The notes: a model not told the origin generated them from the sequence alone. Positions 11,946 through 26,390 are shown, numbered from the stretch's first letter. The stretch is DNA of 64,000 nucleotides from Octopus sinensis (GCF_006345805.1 NC_042999.1:92938001-93002000); one strand, 5' to 3'. Made by a program: numbers and translations.

Positions 11946-14502
11946 GTCTCAGCAAAGCACTAGCCATAGATAGAAATAGAGTAGAGGGTGAGCTAGTTAA
12001 GAAGCTAGAAGAGGCAATTAGACGCGGCATCGCATCCGACGTTTTGGCGGCGAGGTTGGCCCTCGACCAACACTTCAACGCCAAACACGAAGGATGTGCT
12101 GTCAGAGCTAGGATGCGTGCTCTAAGGAACGAGGGTGTTGGAGCCGCGAGAGAGGCCCGGGTGGCAGAGGCGCAACAGGACAACAAAGCCACCATTCGGT
12201 CCCTGGTAGATGAACAGGGGCGCGAATTGCTCGAGCCAAGTAAAATGTGTGAGGCCTTTCAGCAGCATTTTGCCCGACTGTTCGGAACGAGTGAAGGGCA
12301 AGAACGTAGGGTGGACTTCAGTGCCTACCTACATAGCCTACCACGACTCTCGACAAGAAAGGCAGGGTGCTGCGAAGGTGCCATCACGGCGGCGGAGGTG
12401 CAGGAAGCGATGGCAGAATGCTCGGGGGACAAATCACCGGGTTTGGATGGTCTACCCTACGAGCTTTACAATTGTATGCCAGACTTGTTTGGAGATCTCT
12501 TGGCGGCGGTGTACTGCAACTGGCAGCAAAACGGGAGCATTCCTGGTTTTGTGAGCCGAGGAGCCGTAACACTGCTGAAGAAAGATCTAAACAAGGGAAA
12601 TGTAATAGATAACTTAAGGCCCATCACTCTGCTTAATGCAGACTTGAAAATGTTGGCCAAGGTGCTAGCCAAGAGGTTGGCGCTTGTCATCGAGAAACTG
12701 GTCGACAGGGCGCAAACATGCGCCGTGCCAGACCGGACCATCCATGACAACCTCCACCTGATGCGCTACATCATAGACAGGGTAGTTAACGAACCTGGCA
12801 TGGGTGGGGCGCTGATCAATTTGGATCAATCAAAAGCTTTCGATAGGGTGGACCATCGATACTTGGAGGCGGTCCTCGGAGCGGCTGGCTTCGGTCCCGT
12901 CTTCCGCGGCTGGATAGCCGCTTTGTACAGAGGCATCCGTTCGGTAATTCGCGTGAATGGACATCTATCGAGACCCTTCGACATCGCACGTTCGGTCCGT
13001 CAGGGATGCCCCTTCTCGTCGCTTCTATACGTATTGACTCTCGAGCCATTATTGCGGAAGCTGGCAACCTTGAGAGCCATCCGCGAGAACTGGGATGCGG
13101 GACGAGCGTGTCTGCATACGCGGACGACGTCACCGTCATAGTGTCTAGCCACGAGCACATCGAGCAGGTCGGCGAGACACTGAAAAACTACGAAGCGGTG
13201 ACAGGAGCGAAAATCAACCGGGAAAAGTCAGTGGGCTTGCGACTAGGCACCTGGAGAAGCAAGCCCATGCCGTCCACCAGCGCCTCCGTCGTGGGACGCT
13301 GGACCGACGGCCCGGTTGAGTTGCTCGGGGTCTGGTTTGGTCCGGACCTCCAAGTGGAGAAGAACTGGAACGAGATAACGAGTAGGGTGGTCACTCTCGC
13401 CCGGCAATGGGCCGAGAGGAAACTGTCCCTAAAAGGTCGGGCGGAGGTGGCGAACACGTACATCGCGTCCGTCATCTACTACCGCCTGACCGTCGTACCT
13501 TGTCCCGACCCTACCATCACCAAACTACAACGCATTCTCTTTCGCTTCTTGTGGAAAGGATGCGTCCCGATGGTCAGGCGATCCATTTGCTGTCAACACC
13601 CGTTAAAAGGAGGGCTGGGCATGCCGTGGTTGATGATGCGCAGACACGCGCTGAGACTGCGACATCTCTGGCTCTATGTAGACGACGGTGAACAGGTGTG
13701 GTCGCCGTTTGTGAAGCACGCTTTCCCGCAGCTCGTCTCCATGACCGAACTGCAGTCGTGGATCAAAAAGAGGCCGAAGAAGGGCGAATGGCACCGCGAG
13801 TGTCGCGTTGCTCTCAAGCAACTCTGCCGTCCTGGGTCGACCTTAAGTGACTTCAACACAACCAAAGCATTCTATAGGGGTTTAGTGGAGGGGAGGTACG
13901 ACGACGAGCTCGGGGCGAACCTGGACGTCGACGAGGAGTACCTGACCCGCCTGTTCAGGACGACTTTCGGGCCAGGGCCCATCGACAACTTCCAGAGATC
14001 CCTGGCCTGGCAGTGCTACCGAGAAGCGCTACCCGTTCGGGATAAGCTCTACAGACACGGCTCGAGAAACACGGGGCCAACCTGCCCGAGATGCGGTCAG
14101 AGCGACGAAACCGTTCTGCACGCACTCGTTCAGTGTCCAACAATTTCCGACCTCTGAGCTTGTGTCGAACAACTGCTGTCACGTGTGGGACGAGTCGGTT
14201 TATCAGCTGAGTCTATCGTTAATATTGTCACGCCTCCCTCCTTCAAACGGGAAGGAAGAGCTATTTTCATCATCCTTGTGGCTATGGCGAAAGAATGTAT
14301 CTGGTGGACGCGTCTGAAAGGATTGGAGACAAACACTTTCCTCTCTGGTCAATCTCTCATCAACTTCTTCAAGTACCACTTGAAAAGGAAAGTGAGAGTA
14401 GAGAGGCAAGTTTTGTCTAGCGAATGTTTTAAAAAAAGATGGGTGAATGTAGCAAGAATGGCACGTATGAATGACGAAGTCACCTTGAGCATGATCCTAT
14501 GA
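11946..14502 (+). pseudogene. LINE ORF2 (RT + CCHC zinc finger), truncated before the RT (no APE domain), one frameshift (~13080) and one in-frame TGA (14155-14157)
   Basis: ORFs 11636-13141, 13006-14157 and 14185-14502 join into one Tx1-like ORF2. Confidence 0.88.
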
Positions 14503-14882
14503 ACCCAGAAATTGAAAACAGAGAGTTGCTTATTTGCAAAAAAAAAAAAAAAAAAGAAATATAACATGTGACTCCATTGACCGAGGTTACCGTGGTCTTT
14601 TCCGTAGGCTTTTCTTTCCACGGGTAAACCTCACCTGTCCTCCCCTTTACACTTCATATTGACATTTCTGTGATAACGATCCCTATTGATCAATTTTTTT
14701 TTTTCCTCTCCCCCTTTTTTTTAACCCCCCTTTTTTTGTCCTCTTTCTCTCCTTTTACGATCCCTTTTGATCGAAACTCCCCTTCTTTTTTTTTTTTTTT
14801 TTTTTTTTAAACCTTCAAAAGAAAAGCTCTACCTTGTAATTTGTTCTATCTGTGTGCAGCCCTGTGTGGCTAATAAAGAAAC
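11946..14882 (+). mobile_element. 5'-truncated Tx1/L1-clade non-LTR retrotransposon inserted in (TATC)n
   Basis: GC-rich ORF2 with RT motifs KSPGLDG, LRPITLLNADLK, LDQSKAFDRV, VRQGCP, YADD and GGLG, plus C-terminal CPRC..ETVLHALVQC (zf-RVT). It has a U-rich 3' UTR with AATAAA at 14872 and is flanked by (TATC)n at 11854-11945 and 14884-15011. Confidence 0.92.
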
Positions 14883-14883
14883 A

Positions 14884-14915
14884 TATCTATCTATCTATCT
14901 ATCTATCTACCTATC

Positions 14916-14996
<81 letters not shown>

Positions 14997-15011
14997 TTAT
15001 CTACCTATCTA
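14884..15011. repeat. (TATC)n array
   Basis: Directly follows the LINE 3' end. Confidence 0.97.
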
Positions 15012-15569
15012 TAAAATAGTGAATATATATTTCGTCAAGATAATTCGTGTGAAAATGTCAAATGTCGATGCTTTCAATTCTCAATAGACTTCCAATTATT
15101 TATTTGCTTCTTTTTTAATATATAGGTTAGAAAATTTGTTTAAATTAAATACGCTGATATCAAATTATCATTGAAACATAAAGCTAAACAAATAATGTAT
15201 TCATTGTTTGAGGATTATATTTATTGAAAGATAGAACTCTCCACAGACGTTTCAATGACTCTTAGATTATTTTACATTGCAAATATTTTGCAAACAAGAA
15301 GCTGAGATTTCATTTTAGAGTGTATAAGATAAAGAATTTACGATAAATCCCCTGAGCATTGCACAGATACCGCTTCGATTATACAATCGCATTAATTTCC
15401 AAGATGCACGAGCAAACATAACTCTAGGCATTATGTATGGGCGTTGCACACTTGTCTTCACACTAAAGAGTTTAAAAACTCAAAAATATCTCGGAAGCAA
15501 AATTTCTCGATTCTTTATATACATTTATCAAAAGAGAACTATTTTACTAAAACATATAATATTAAAGTG

Positions 15570-15705
15570 AGATGTTGGCACAAGGCCAGCAATTTCGGGA
15601 GAGAGGATAAGTCGATCATATCGTCCCTCTTGCTCGAATGGTACTTATTTTATCGACCCCGAAATGAGAGAAGGCAGAGTCAACCTCAGCGGAATTTGAA
15701 CTTAG
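15570..15705 (-). mobile_element. SINE fragment (same family as 16398-16626)
   Basis: Reverse complement contains gttcaaattccgctgaggttgactctgccttc...ggggtcgataaaataagtacca. Confidence 0.65.
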
Positions 15706-15849
15706 AACGTTTTTATGCTTGGACAGTAACGGTTATGCGAGCTCGCCACCTCACTAGGACACATGATATTATTGTTTCCGAGTTGATTACATAGATGCAT
15801 ACCTACCTACATTTGTATATGTATATTATTAAATATATATATATATATA

Positions 15850-16070
15850 TTCTTTCACTTGCTCCAGTCAATTGATTTCAACTAAACTGGAGTGCCGCCT
15901 TGAGGTGTTTTAGCCGAAAACATCGCCCTCCAGACTTTTCTTTTAAGCCTACCATTTATTCTGTCGGTTTTTTTTTTATGAACTGCTAATTACGGGGACA
16001 TATACACATCAACACTGGTTGTCATGCGGTGATGGGAGGAAAAACAGACTCAAAACACATACACACACAA

Positions 16071-16135
<65 letters not shown>

Positions 16136-16255
16136 CTTTTGATATAATTTAAATTAATTAATTTTATCTTTTGATATAATTTAAATTAATTAATTTTATG
16201 TATTGGCTTAAGTTTTTCATTGTTTGATTTGCCTAATAGTGGTTTTATCTCTAAT

Positions 16256-16289
<34 letters not shown>

Positions 16290-16395
16290 GCTGAGCTTCT
16301 TTCATCATTCCGTCAACCAAATACACACATAGGGCGTCGGCCTGACGATATAGAAGTGAGACTGAAGTGTTTAGGAAGCAAGCTTCATATCACTA
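15850..16395 (-). mobile_element. Decayed SINE with internal CA/TA microsatellite (family of 43710-44133), interrupted by an AT-rich insert at 16131-16262
   Basis: Collinear with 43710-44133: ttctttca..tg.t.cagtca.ttga, ccgcctt, taagcctaNNaNttattct, ggggacRtaNacac, ttctttca..ttcc.tc.accaaat.cac.ca. Confidence 0.65.
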
Positions 16396-16397
16396 TA

Positions 16398-16626
16398 AGG
16401 CGGAAAGGTGGCAGAAGCGTTAGCATGCCGGTAGAAATGCTTAGCCGTATTTCGTCTGCCGTTATGTTCTGAGTTCAAATTCCACCGAGGTTGAACTTGC
16501 CTTTCATCCTATTGGGGTGGATAAATTAAGTACCAGTTACGCACTGGGGTCGATGTAATCGACTTAACCCCTTTGTCTGTCATTGTTTGTCTCCTATATG
16601 TTTAGCCCCTTGTAGGCAATAAAAAA
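16398..16626 (+). mobile_element. tRNA-derived SINE with conserved central domain (Nin/Deu-like)
   Basis: A-box-like tggcagaagcgttag, B-box gagttcaaattcc, central gcctttcatcctattggggtggataaattaagtaccag, and an AATAAAAAA tail. Confidence 0.75.
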
Positions 16627-16689
16627 GTATATATCTATATGTATGTGTGTGTGTGTGCGTGTGTGTATGTGTGTGTGTTTGAGTGTGTG

Positions 16690-16895
16690 TATGTGTCTTT
16701 GTGTCTGTGTTTGTCTACCCCTCTACGCTTACCAACCGGTGCTGTTGTTTTCTCGTCCGCGTAAGTTAACGGTCCGACTAAAGAGACGGATACAATAAGT
16801 ATCATGCCTTCAAAAATGTACTGGGATCGATTCGTGTGACTAAAGTTCGTCATTGCTGTGCAGCAGTCGAATATCTGAAACAAATAAAAGGCAAA
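16690..16895 (+). mobile_element. 3' half of microsatellite-containing SINE
   Basis: Matches the reverse complement of 43710-43920 (gtgtctgtgttt..., gagacNgataNaataagta, ctgaaacaaataaaag). Confidence 0.65.
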
Positions 16896-17902
16896 AGATA
16901 AATATATACATACATACATAATGCATACATATACCGTCACGCATACACACACACACGCGCATATATTCACAGATTCAGTTCGAATCAGAGCATTAAAACG
17001 TTGTAAATCTTCATCTAGAGTACATGTGTACAGTTGACCGGAGTATCTTACCATCATCACTAATACAGCGTTGTTTACTCATAATCACAAAACAAGCATC
17101 GGAAAATTGAATTTTCTCCTCCCTAAACCTCAGAAGTGCAGACAAGGCAGGTTTTTTTTAACTCGTGCTAAAATGGTTACCCTAATCCTCATATCTAGCT
17201 CTGATCTATGAAAATAAAAATACTACTTTCACGGTGCATTTCCTTCCAAAGCCTACCTATAAATATATGGTCTATTTGAGATCTATAGCTAAATCTAAAC
17301 TGATACGTGCAAATTTCACTGGTATTGTCCTCTTATATACGTTCTTTCTATCAACAATCTCTGCACTAATGAACTCCGCGCTAAACATTTTAACAGACTT
17401 CCTTTCTACGTATGCAACCATACTACACCTATCTCTGTCTTTCTCTCATTTTCTGTTTCTCTCTTTCTCTTTCCTCCTCTCTTACTCTTTCGTTCTCTCT
17501 TACTCCTACTCTTTCTCTCTCTCTCTCGCTCGCTCTTTCCCCCTCTTGCCTGCTCTTCATTCAAACATCAATGTATTGTGGTTTGAAATAATACATTGGC
17601 GTGTGACTTTCGATCATTAATCACAACACACTGAGATTTTTCTGTATTAAGAAAGAGGCCAACTATGGTTGTGGCATTAGCAATGATACTCATCCACATA
17701 CACAACACACACACACACGCACGCACACACACACAAACACACTCACACACACACATACACACACACTCACACATGATAGGTAGATAGATTGATACATACC
17801 TACAGTATATGTATATATAAACGTATGTGTATATATAATATGCCTATATATTTCTACATACATAATACATACATATATACATACATACATACATACATAC
17901 AA

Positions 17903-17935
<33 letters not shown>

Positions 17936-20900
17936 TATGCATAAATATATTCAAAGTTTTATCGGTATATTTTCACAAAAAAGAAACTTCGACGCTTTCT
18001 CATGAATATCTCTGATCTCATTTATGCGTGTATAAGTATAAACTCTTGATGTCTTTACTGGTAACCTAATGATACTCTACCAAGGACAATGTTAAATTAT
18101 ATAATCAAACTGTTGAATGAATGAGATGGGCCATATAGGAAACGGAATAAAGTTGTATTCAATTCACGTTTGAACAGCTTAATTATCAGTGTTAACTTCT
18201 GCTAGATTTGATTTAAGATTACAGTTGCTTTCTTGACTATAATACGCACCTCTCATCAAATATTGATAACGAGCTCTCAACTAGCATGACTGGACACATT
18301 GGTTTCCTATCATGTTATTATTCATGGCAGATAACATGAACATAATTGCAGTCCTGCTAGGGAATAAAGCTCACATCTACCATACTTTAATATCAGACAT
18401 CAATTTATTTCTAAAGCGAATGATCTTTATCACTCCATCATTATTTAAATATAACCCTTTTTGTAATGTCTCGATCAATTTCCTAAGATGTTAAAATTTA
18501 TAAAATAAAACTTTAATTCCAAGGGAACTCATATAATACTAAGATCCCTTTCAGAAAAGAGAGCTATGTAATACTTTTCCATTACTAATAGTAGCTCCTG
18601 GGTATAGTTTGTGCAATAAAACTTTAATTCCTAATTGAAACCATTAACGGTTATGTTATTACATAACAACAGAAAACAGATAGCGACTACCATAATTTCC
18701 TTCTATCCATTTTCGATATCAAACTACTGTTAGGATAAATAATTCTCATTTACATAATCTCTGTATCTAATAACATATTGCATGTAATCTCATTTCGGAT
18801 TTCATATATCTTATAGTTGGAATTATCTATTTGCAAGGGTACGCATTGGATCTCATGAATCCTCACAAGGTTAATAAAACTTTGAATTAATTGCATATGG
18901 TGATTTCTGTTAGTTTCCTCGTCATCCAATATACTGAACAATGCTGCTGCCGACTCACAATACACAGTTAGTGTCAAAAACATTAGAAGTTTTAATCTTG
19001 TTCAAACATCAGAGATCAGCAGAGAATTAAATCAAATCAGATACTGACATGTGAATACAATATTTGCAAGTAATTCTTTTATAGCTATTGTTAATATTTA
19101 GTTTCAGCTCTAACCGATAAATCTTATGATCAGAGACCTTCTTGATTACTCCGTTTCATTTTTCAGGGATAATATACGTTTGATTACGTAATGCAACGTG
19201 CAGTTCTTTTGTGAAGAACGGTAGGGCGAGTTTTGACTGGAATTTGAATGCTACATCTAAAGACCTCTTCGTGTGAGTCGAAATCCTTATACTGTGATAC
19301 GGTTGATGTCTTCCAATTAAATTAACTTCTTCCAGTTCTAGGCTGGAAAAATACTAATTTACAGAGCAGGGCTTAAATGTAATTTCAAAAAATCCTCGCA
19401 ACAGGATAATTAATATTTGCTGGTGCCAGAATATTCTGGATACTACCGAACCTGGAAACGTAGCGTATACTACCTGACAGGGTTATTATTTAGTAGTTTA
19501 AAATTTTCAGTTGTGATTTTCTTGAAAGTAACTTAACCGAGTGGAAGCATGATATTCTGCTGGACAAGAGACATAGCCATAATTAAATGCAATTATTAAT
19601 TCATAGGAACCACATCACTGGGAACATACCACGTATCTCATATATTCAGAGGTGTTATTTGAACGAGTGCTAAAAATTGTTTTCTGCTCTCATTTGATTT
19701 CCTACAAATAACAGCCTAGACCCCCCCCCAATCACACCATAACGTCACAAATGAAAGTGTAAGCCAAAGTAAATAGTGTTTACTGTGTCTGAGGCATACA
19801 TGTTGCGTCCGAAAAATGAGGCGAACGTTGTTGGAAAATAAACACTGTGTGTGGAAAATGAAGTAAACATGATTAGAGATACTCTGTTCCTAAGTTTTCT
19901 TAGTCAAGTTTATCTGGGACAATGTAACCACATTCTGAAACATTGCAATTCATCAGAATCAATCCTGACGATATGTGAAGAGTCCGACAAGCTATCATAT
20001 ACTTTGACTTGGAGTATTAGCCCATTATATTCTATATCGCGAACGCTTCCTAATCTCATATTGGACAAAATAGTTATGTGATGTGTAGACAGAAATGTCT
20101 TATTTAACGCCTAAAGATCTATGATCCATCAGCAACTGATTTATGTCTTTATTCGGAATTTACGTAATCAAAAATTGTAAAATATAAGTTATCACGACTG
20201 TGAAATATTAGAAGTTGAAAGACTAACTCGGCTTGATTTCCCATTCTCTTCCTTTCATATATTAAATTATTAAATGTAGAAATATAAACATATTTGTATA
20301 GATACAAGCACGAGCTCACATTTGGAGTAGATTTAATATATCGTTAATTTCAATGAAACCATTTTGCTTTTATATGACAACAACAGTTTTCGCTCTATTG
20401 CTGACCTTAATGAGTTTCAAAGTTTTCCATGTAGGCTATTATGGTTTCTGTTATATATCCTTTAAGCATGACAACATTTTTTTTTTCATATAATTCAAAA
20501 TGCCGGGAAGATTCGCAGAAATCATTGTCTTCGATTTACACACCAATGTTAGTAATCGGTTTTTGTTTAACCAATAATTTCAAATCAATCTTTGAAATGA
20601 TTTAAGATTATTTTTGTAGGGATGACGACGGAATTAGTTCAAATATCAAGTATTTCTGGGAAATCGGACAATTAAAAAAAAATTCTCACTTTTATTTATG
20701 TTTCTGTTTAATATGTGTTAGAAGTGTACGAATGTTGAATTTTGTCTATAATTTTATAATTTTTATAATTTTTAAACAGTTTTATTTTCACTCCTGTTGG
20801 ATCCGGCTTATCTGTCCACGGCAGCTTTTTTAAAAGTATGGCTGCAATCATTGTCTCAAACTCAGTATGGTAGCAGTTGTTTAAGTGAACGCATTCACTT

Positions 20901-21890
20901 AACAGTGTAACAGATAACTCCGAAAATGCTTCAAGACGTGTTTCGCAACACCAAGGATAGATTTGAAATTTGCAGAGATAGAGACGGAATACTTGTTGGA
21001 AATGTTTAATAAAGTTTTGACATGAGATTTATAAATCTATTTCTTTCTGTATCATAATTACATAATAAACATAAAATAAACTTTTCCTGATTCCATTGAA
21101 ATAGATAGTTAATTCTGGAACACTCTGTATAAGGAAGTCTGAGCTATGAAATTATACGTAGTGAAATGTCAAAGCATAATGCAAAATGACTTACATCTTA
21201 GTACCAGTATATGACGAGTGTATAAAAATGTCAAACTAAATTATAACTGATATGTTTAAATTTGTTAACTCGAAAAGTTACTATGTTGGTGTATTTTTTT
21301 CACATAACAACAATATGTGCCAATTGAATAAATACTTGTCACATATTAGAACGAAGCTTATACAGCAAAAGATAGGAATTTCTTATTTTTCTTCTGTTTC
21401 TAATAAAGTTACAATGTCTGATCTTCGAGTAATCAAAATATACTGTTTTGGTGAGCACGAAAATTTAAATGCTTTTAGAAGCGTAATATACATTAAATGA
21501 TATTTTTTCTTTGTTATTGAGACACTTGTGGACTACAGCAACTTTTATAGGTTAAAAGAATTTCTCAAATATAGAATTCATAAACGAAAGAATAACAAAG
21601 TTGTTATAGAGTAGTTTTTCACTTACACAAACAAAATTCACTACTTCAACGGAAGTCTGAAGGGTGAGGTAAGGCTAGTTAGGCGTAGAAAATACCATAA
21701 CATACATATGTTATAGGTTTTGAATTATTAGAGCGGAATCCTTGCTAATTCTTGCTTCCAGAGTGTAAAATAATACCCATAAAGGATCTCTCTCACCACA
21801 ATTCTCATTGATCTATCTAATGCATTCCCTCTGTCTCTGTCACTCTGTCACTCTGTTTCTCCCATATATTATAACTAACGTGAATTGTTT

Positions 21891-21892
<2 letters not shown>

Positions 21893-21954
<62 letters not shown>

Positions 21955-21969
21955 TAATAATAATAATAA
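21893..21969. repeat. (TAA)n microsatellite
   Basis: Direct observation. Confidence 0.95.
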
Positions 21970-22329
21970 CATCGTTGCAATGGAAGAAAGGTTCCACAAA
22001 ATATCTTTTCCAAATGTTCTTTTAAGGCAAAGTAACTAAAAAGTGCGAACTATTATTGCCATATATAGTATGGCTTTCTTTCTTTTATGCGTAATATTTC
22101 CATGTGACATGCATAAGAAATAGAAGCGAACATCAGAGCTCTTGAAAGAGTAAGTACATAAATTGATTAATTAATTAATTAATTAAATAAGTATACATGC
22201 AACTGTTTATGCATACACGTACACATTTTAATTATAAAGCATAAATAATGCTTACACGCGCTCACACGTACACACAGAAAGAAAAACCACGTTACGCGGA
22301 CGAAAACAAAACAAAAACAAAGCGATTTT

Positions 22330-25300
22330 TCACGAACAAACGCAAAAAAGAGCAAATTGGTCACTGAATTTAGAAAGTCACTGAACAGTTATGCCCGGAA
22401 ACATGTCTACCAAAAGAAATAGAGGCGAATTTCGATCTGTAAGTCTTATGCGAGTTCGATATGAACAATATATTAATTCGGAGAATTCAGAAGCGGTGTC
22501 TTGTCAAAAAATTGACCCTGTACAAACAGTCCCTTCTTCTAACGTCACTGTCACAGAAGTTGACTCTGAAAAAATGGACCCCTCTGATGTCGCCGTCAAT
22601 CATTTAATGAAAACAAGCCAAAAATCATGCCGGATCCGTCATCGCCCGGGACAACAAGGACCGTGTTACCCAGTAGGGAACCAGACTGGGGTCGAAAAGT
22701 TTGCTGCTGGAACAAACTCTCAAAAAGACGATCTACCAGGTGACCAGAACCAGAATACTTCTAACTCTGGACTTGTAGTGACACCACCAAAAACACCACC
22801 TAAAGCAAAACGTATAAAATGGATCAGAGATGACTATAGAGACGTGTTGAAAGCTTTTTATACAGCCCAACTAAACCCAAACAATAACCACAGTGTACAA
22901 ACATACATCTCATGGAGAAATTCAGTAGGCAATGACGTACGTAGATATATAGACGCAAATAAATTAAGTAATGTACGCAGAGATATAATTAAAAACAAAA
23001 AACTAACTGACGCTGAAATTGACAAAATTAGGACACTAATAGCTCATGGTAGACCAAAAGAAAACAGCAACAATGTAGACGAAATAGGTAACAGTAGCAT
23101 AGAAGCCAGTGTACAAGCGGAAAATCAACTTCCCAATGGGGAAGTTAAACAAAGAATAGCGAAGACGAGAGATTTGAAAAAAGAGGAGAACGTAGACCTT
23201 CCTCAAGAAAACCAAAATAGATATGACATAGACTTTGAGGTGAATAATTGAGAAAAGATTATGGAAGCAAAAGTGGACATTATGAGAGAACTCGGCAAGA
23301 TTGAGCTCACTGACATGGTTAATAGAGAACCGCTACCAAAGTTTTCAAATGGCACAAGAAATAGCAACACAATCATGACATATAACGTTGCCCTAGGACA
23401 GATCTTAAGAAATAAGGGGAATGATCTGACAACCTTAAATAATCTCATCTATTCCACTGCTAAAGTAGTAACTACCCAACTAGGTATTAAGATGACAAAG
23501 AAAAAGGCCAGGCATGTCAATGTACCTCCTAAGTGGAAAGTAGCGATACAAAAAGAGATTGAATCTCTGCGGGCGGATGTTTCAGTTCTCGATGAGCTTG
23601 CTCGTGGAGTGAATATTAAGTCGAGAAAAGCTAGAAAATCAAGCAAAAATATAAAATCAAAGATCTCATAAACCTCCCTGCAACTAAGGAACTGTTGAAA
23701 CAACGGATACAGTTGAAAGCCCAACGGCTTAGAAGGTATGACAAAAGAAACAAATTTTATCGACAAAATAAATTTTTTAAGATAGATGCAAAGAAATTTT
23801 ATAGGGAAATTGGCAAAAATAAAATACACATAGAAGATCCACCTAAGATTGAGGAAGTGGAGGAGTTCTGGAAGAAGGTATGGAGCAACGAAAAAGAGTT
23901 TAATGCTGAGGCTGACTGGATATAACGTGAGAAAGAGAGACTGGATGAACTTGAAGAACAGAAATGGGAAGCAATAGGAATAGAGGAGCTAAGGTGTGTC
24001 CTTAGGAAGGCTCATAAATGGAAAACCCCAGGACTGGATCGGATCCCTAACTTCTGGCTGAATTGTTTGACAGAGGTACACGAAAATCTCGCTGCATCTC
24101 TGTCTGATGTCATTCAGAACCCAGAGCAAATACCTGCTTGGCTGACTGAAGGAACCACCTACCTATTACCTAAAACCGAAGACACAAAAATCCCAAAAAA
24201 TTACCGGCCAATAACATGTCTCAACACCACCTACAAAATCATCACATCCATAATAACGGAGAGAATGTACGCTTTCCTTGAACAAAACTCTATCCTTCCA
24301 CAAGCTCAAAAAGGTTGTAAAAGAAACTCTAATGGGTGCAAAGACCAATTGCTCATAAACAGAATGATTGTAGAGAATTGCCGGAGCAAAAACAAAAACC
24401 TGAGTATGGCATGGATAGACTACAGGAAAGCGTATGACAGTGTCCCACATAAATGGATACTCAAGGCCCTTGAGATATACAAGATCTCTCCTGTCGTCTC
24501 AAAATTCTTAGAGAATAGCATGACCATGTGGAACACACGTCTCTTTCTAAGCCATAGTAATGGGATGAGCCAGTCCAACAGCATCGACATCAAAGGAGGC
24601 ATCTTTCAAGGTGACTCCCTCTCTCCATTACTTTTTTGCATGGCACTGATCCCACTCTCAAACGAATTGGATAGTACCAGATATGGGTACAAAGTTTTAG
24701 TAAGTTAATAAACCACCTTTTCTATATGGACGACCTAAAGCTGTTTGCCAGGAATGACCAAGAGCTAGAAGGGCTGTTAACAATGGATTTTGGCCTTGAT
24801 AAGTGTGCTAAAGCAACTTTTGTAAGAGGCAAGCTCAGGCAAACAGCTTCTGTTAAATTAGATATTGACACTACCCACAAGAAAGTTACAAATACCTAGG
24901 AATCAACGAAGGAGATGGTATACATCATGCTACTATGAAGGAAAAAATAAGAAAGGAATACTATAGGAGAATAAGGCTTGTACTGAAGACTGAACTCAAC
25001 TCCAAAAATTGCATTGAGGCCATTAGCACCCTGGCGCTTCCAGTAGTCCAGCACAGTTTTAACATCATTAACTGGAACCTTACGGAACTCTAACGCTTGG
25101 ACAGGAAGACTAGAAAATTACTGACATCCAAGAGCATGCACCACCCTAAGGCAGATGTAGACCGCCTGTACCTACCTAGAAGCAGTAGGGGGAGAGGAAT
25201 GATGCAATTAGAGCTGTGCTATATGACCTCTACTGTAGGAATGAACAGGTACCTATCTAGTACAAAGGACTGGATGCTGCGACTTGTGTGCGAACACGAA

Positions 25301-26390
25301 AGCAGCAAAAAGCTGCATTCTATTGACAAGGAAGCCTATAAGTTCGAAAGGGAACTAGACATTAACCTTGAACCAGATGAAGAGCCGGATACCACTGCTA
25401 CCAAGCAAGCAAAGCGAATCAAGCAGACTGCAAAAAAGAACGGGCAGAATCAAATTGAGGGGCGGTGGAGCCAGAAGCCCCTGCATGGACAATATACTCT
25501 CCGAAGCCAAAATGCTGATGTAGACCAAGCAACAACCCATCAGTGGCTGAAGAGTTCTGGATTGAAAGCAGAGACTGAAGGCTTCATAATGGCAGCACAA
25601 GATCAAAGCTTGTTTACTAGAAATTACCAGGCTAACGTTCTCCGAAACGGTACTGACCCTAAATGCAGATTCTGCGACACATTTGACGAAACGATAGACC
25701 ATCTCGTTTCGGGATGTCCTGTGCTGACACCAAACGAATACAAAAATCACCACGATAGGGTAGGACAGTATATACATTGGAAGATATGTAAATACTACAA
25801 ATTCGACACTCCTGCTAACTGGTATGAACACCATCCTCAGCCAGTTGTTGAAGGTAAGGATGTCACCACCCTCTGGGATTTTCCAGTCAACACTGACAGA
25901 ACGATCAAGGCTAATCGACCAGACATAATTGTTAAAGACAGGGAAGAAAATAGGGAAGACTAATAGAGGTAAGCGTCCCCACTGATAAAAATGTATCTGT
26001 AAAGGAATTTGACAAACTTAGTAAATATAATGACCTGGAAATCGAAATACAAAAGATGTGGAATCTTAAAACAAAAACTGTTCCTGTTATTGTAGGTGCC
26101 CTAGGTATGATAAAAAAGGGATGTCAGAAACACCTAGACAATATCCCTGGAGAACCATGTCTCAAGGAAATCCAAAAGATTGTGCTAACAAGTACTGCCC
26201 ACATCCTTAGAAAAACCCTATCAATGTAAATGTTTGTGTTTGTATTACATGGAGATATTTCTCTACTTCCCCTCCCCAAGCTTTCAGCTATATTTCAACA
26301 ACTCTTAACCTTCACTTGCCCTAGGGCGCGGGGTGTGCCCCGGCAAGTGATTGCATCAAACATGCAGATTAAAAGTAAATGACAATGATA

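Noticed and set aside
14155-14157. In-frame TGA (also 23249-23251) as possible selenocysteine or readthrough
   Set aside because: Both elements carry other disabling lesions, the positions are not catalytic Cys sites, and no SECIS-like fold was recognised; point mutation is simpler.
18750-18983. 77-aa non-repetitive minus-strand ORF as a host exon or transposase piece (likewise 5209-5472 and 6679-6885)
   Set aside because: No recognisable domain motif, convincing splice sites or neighbouring exons; a BLASTX search would be needed.
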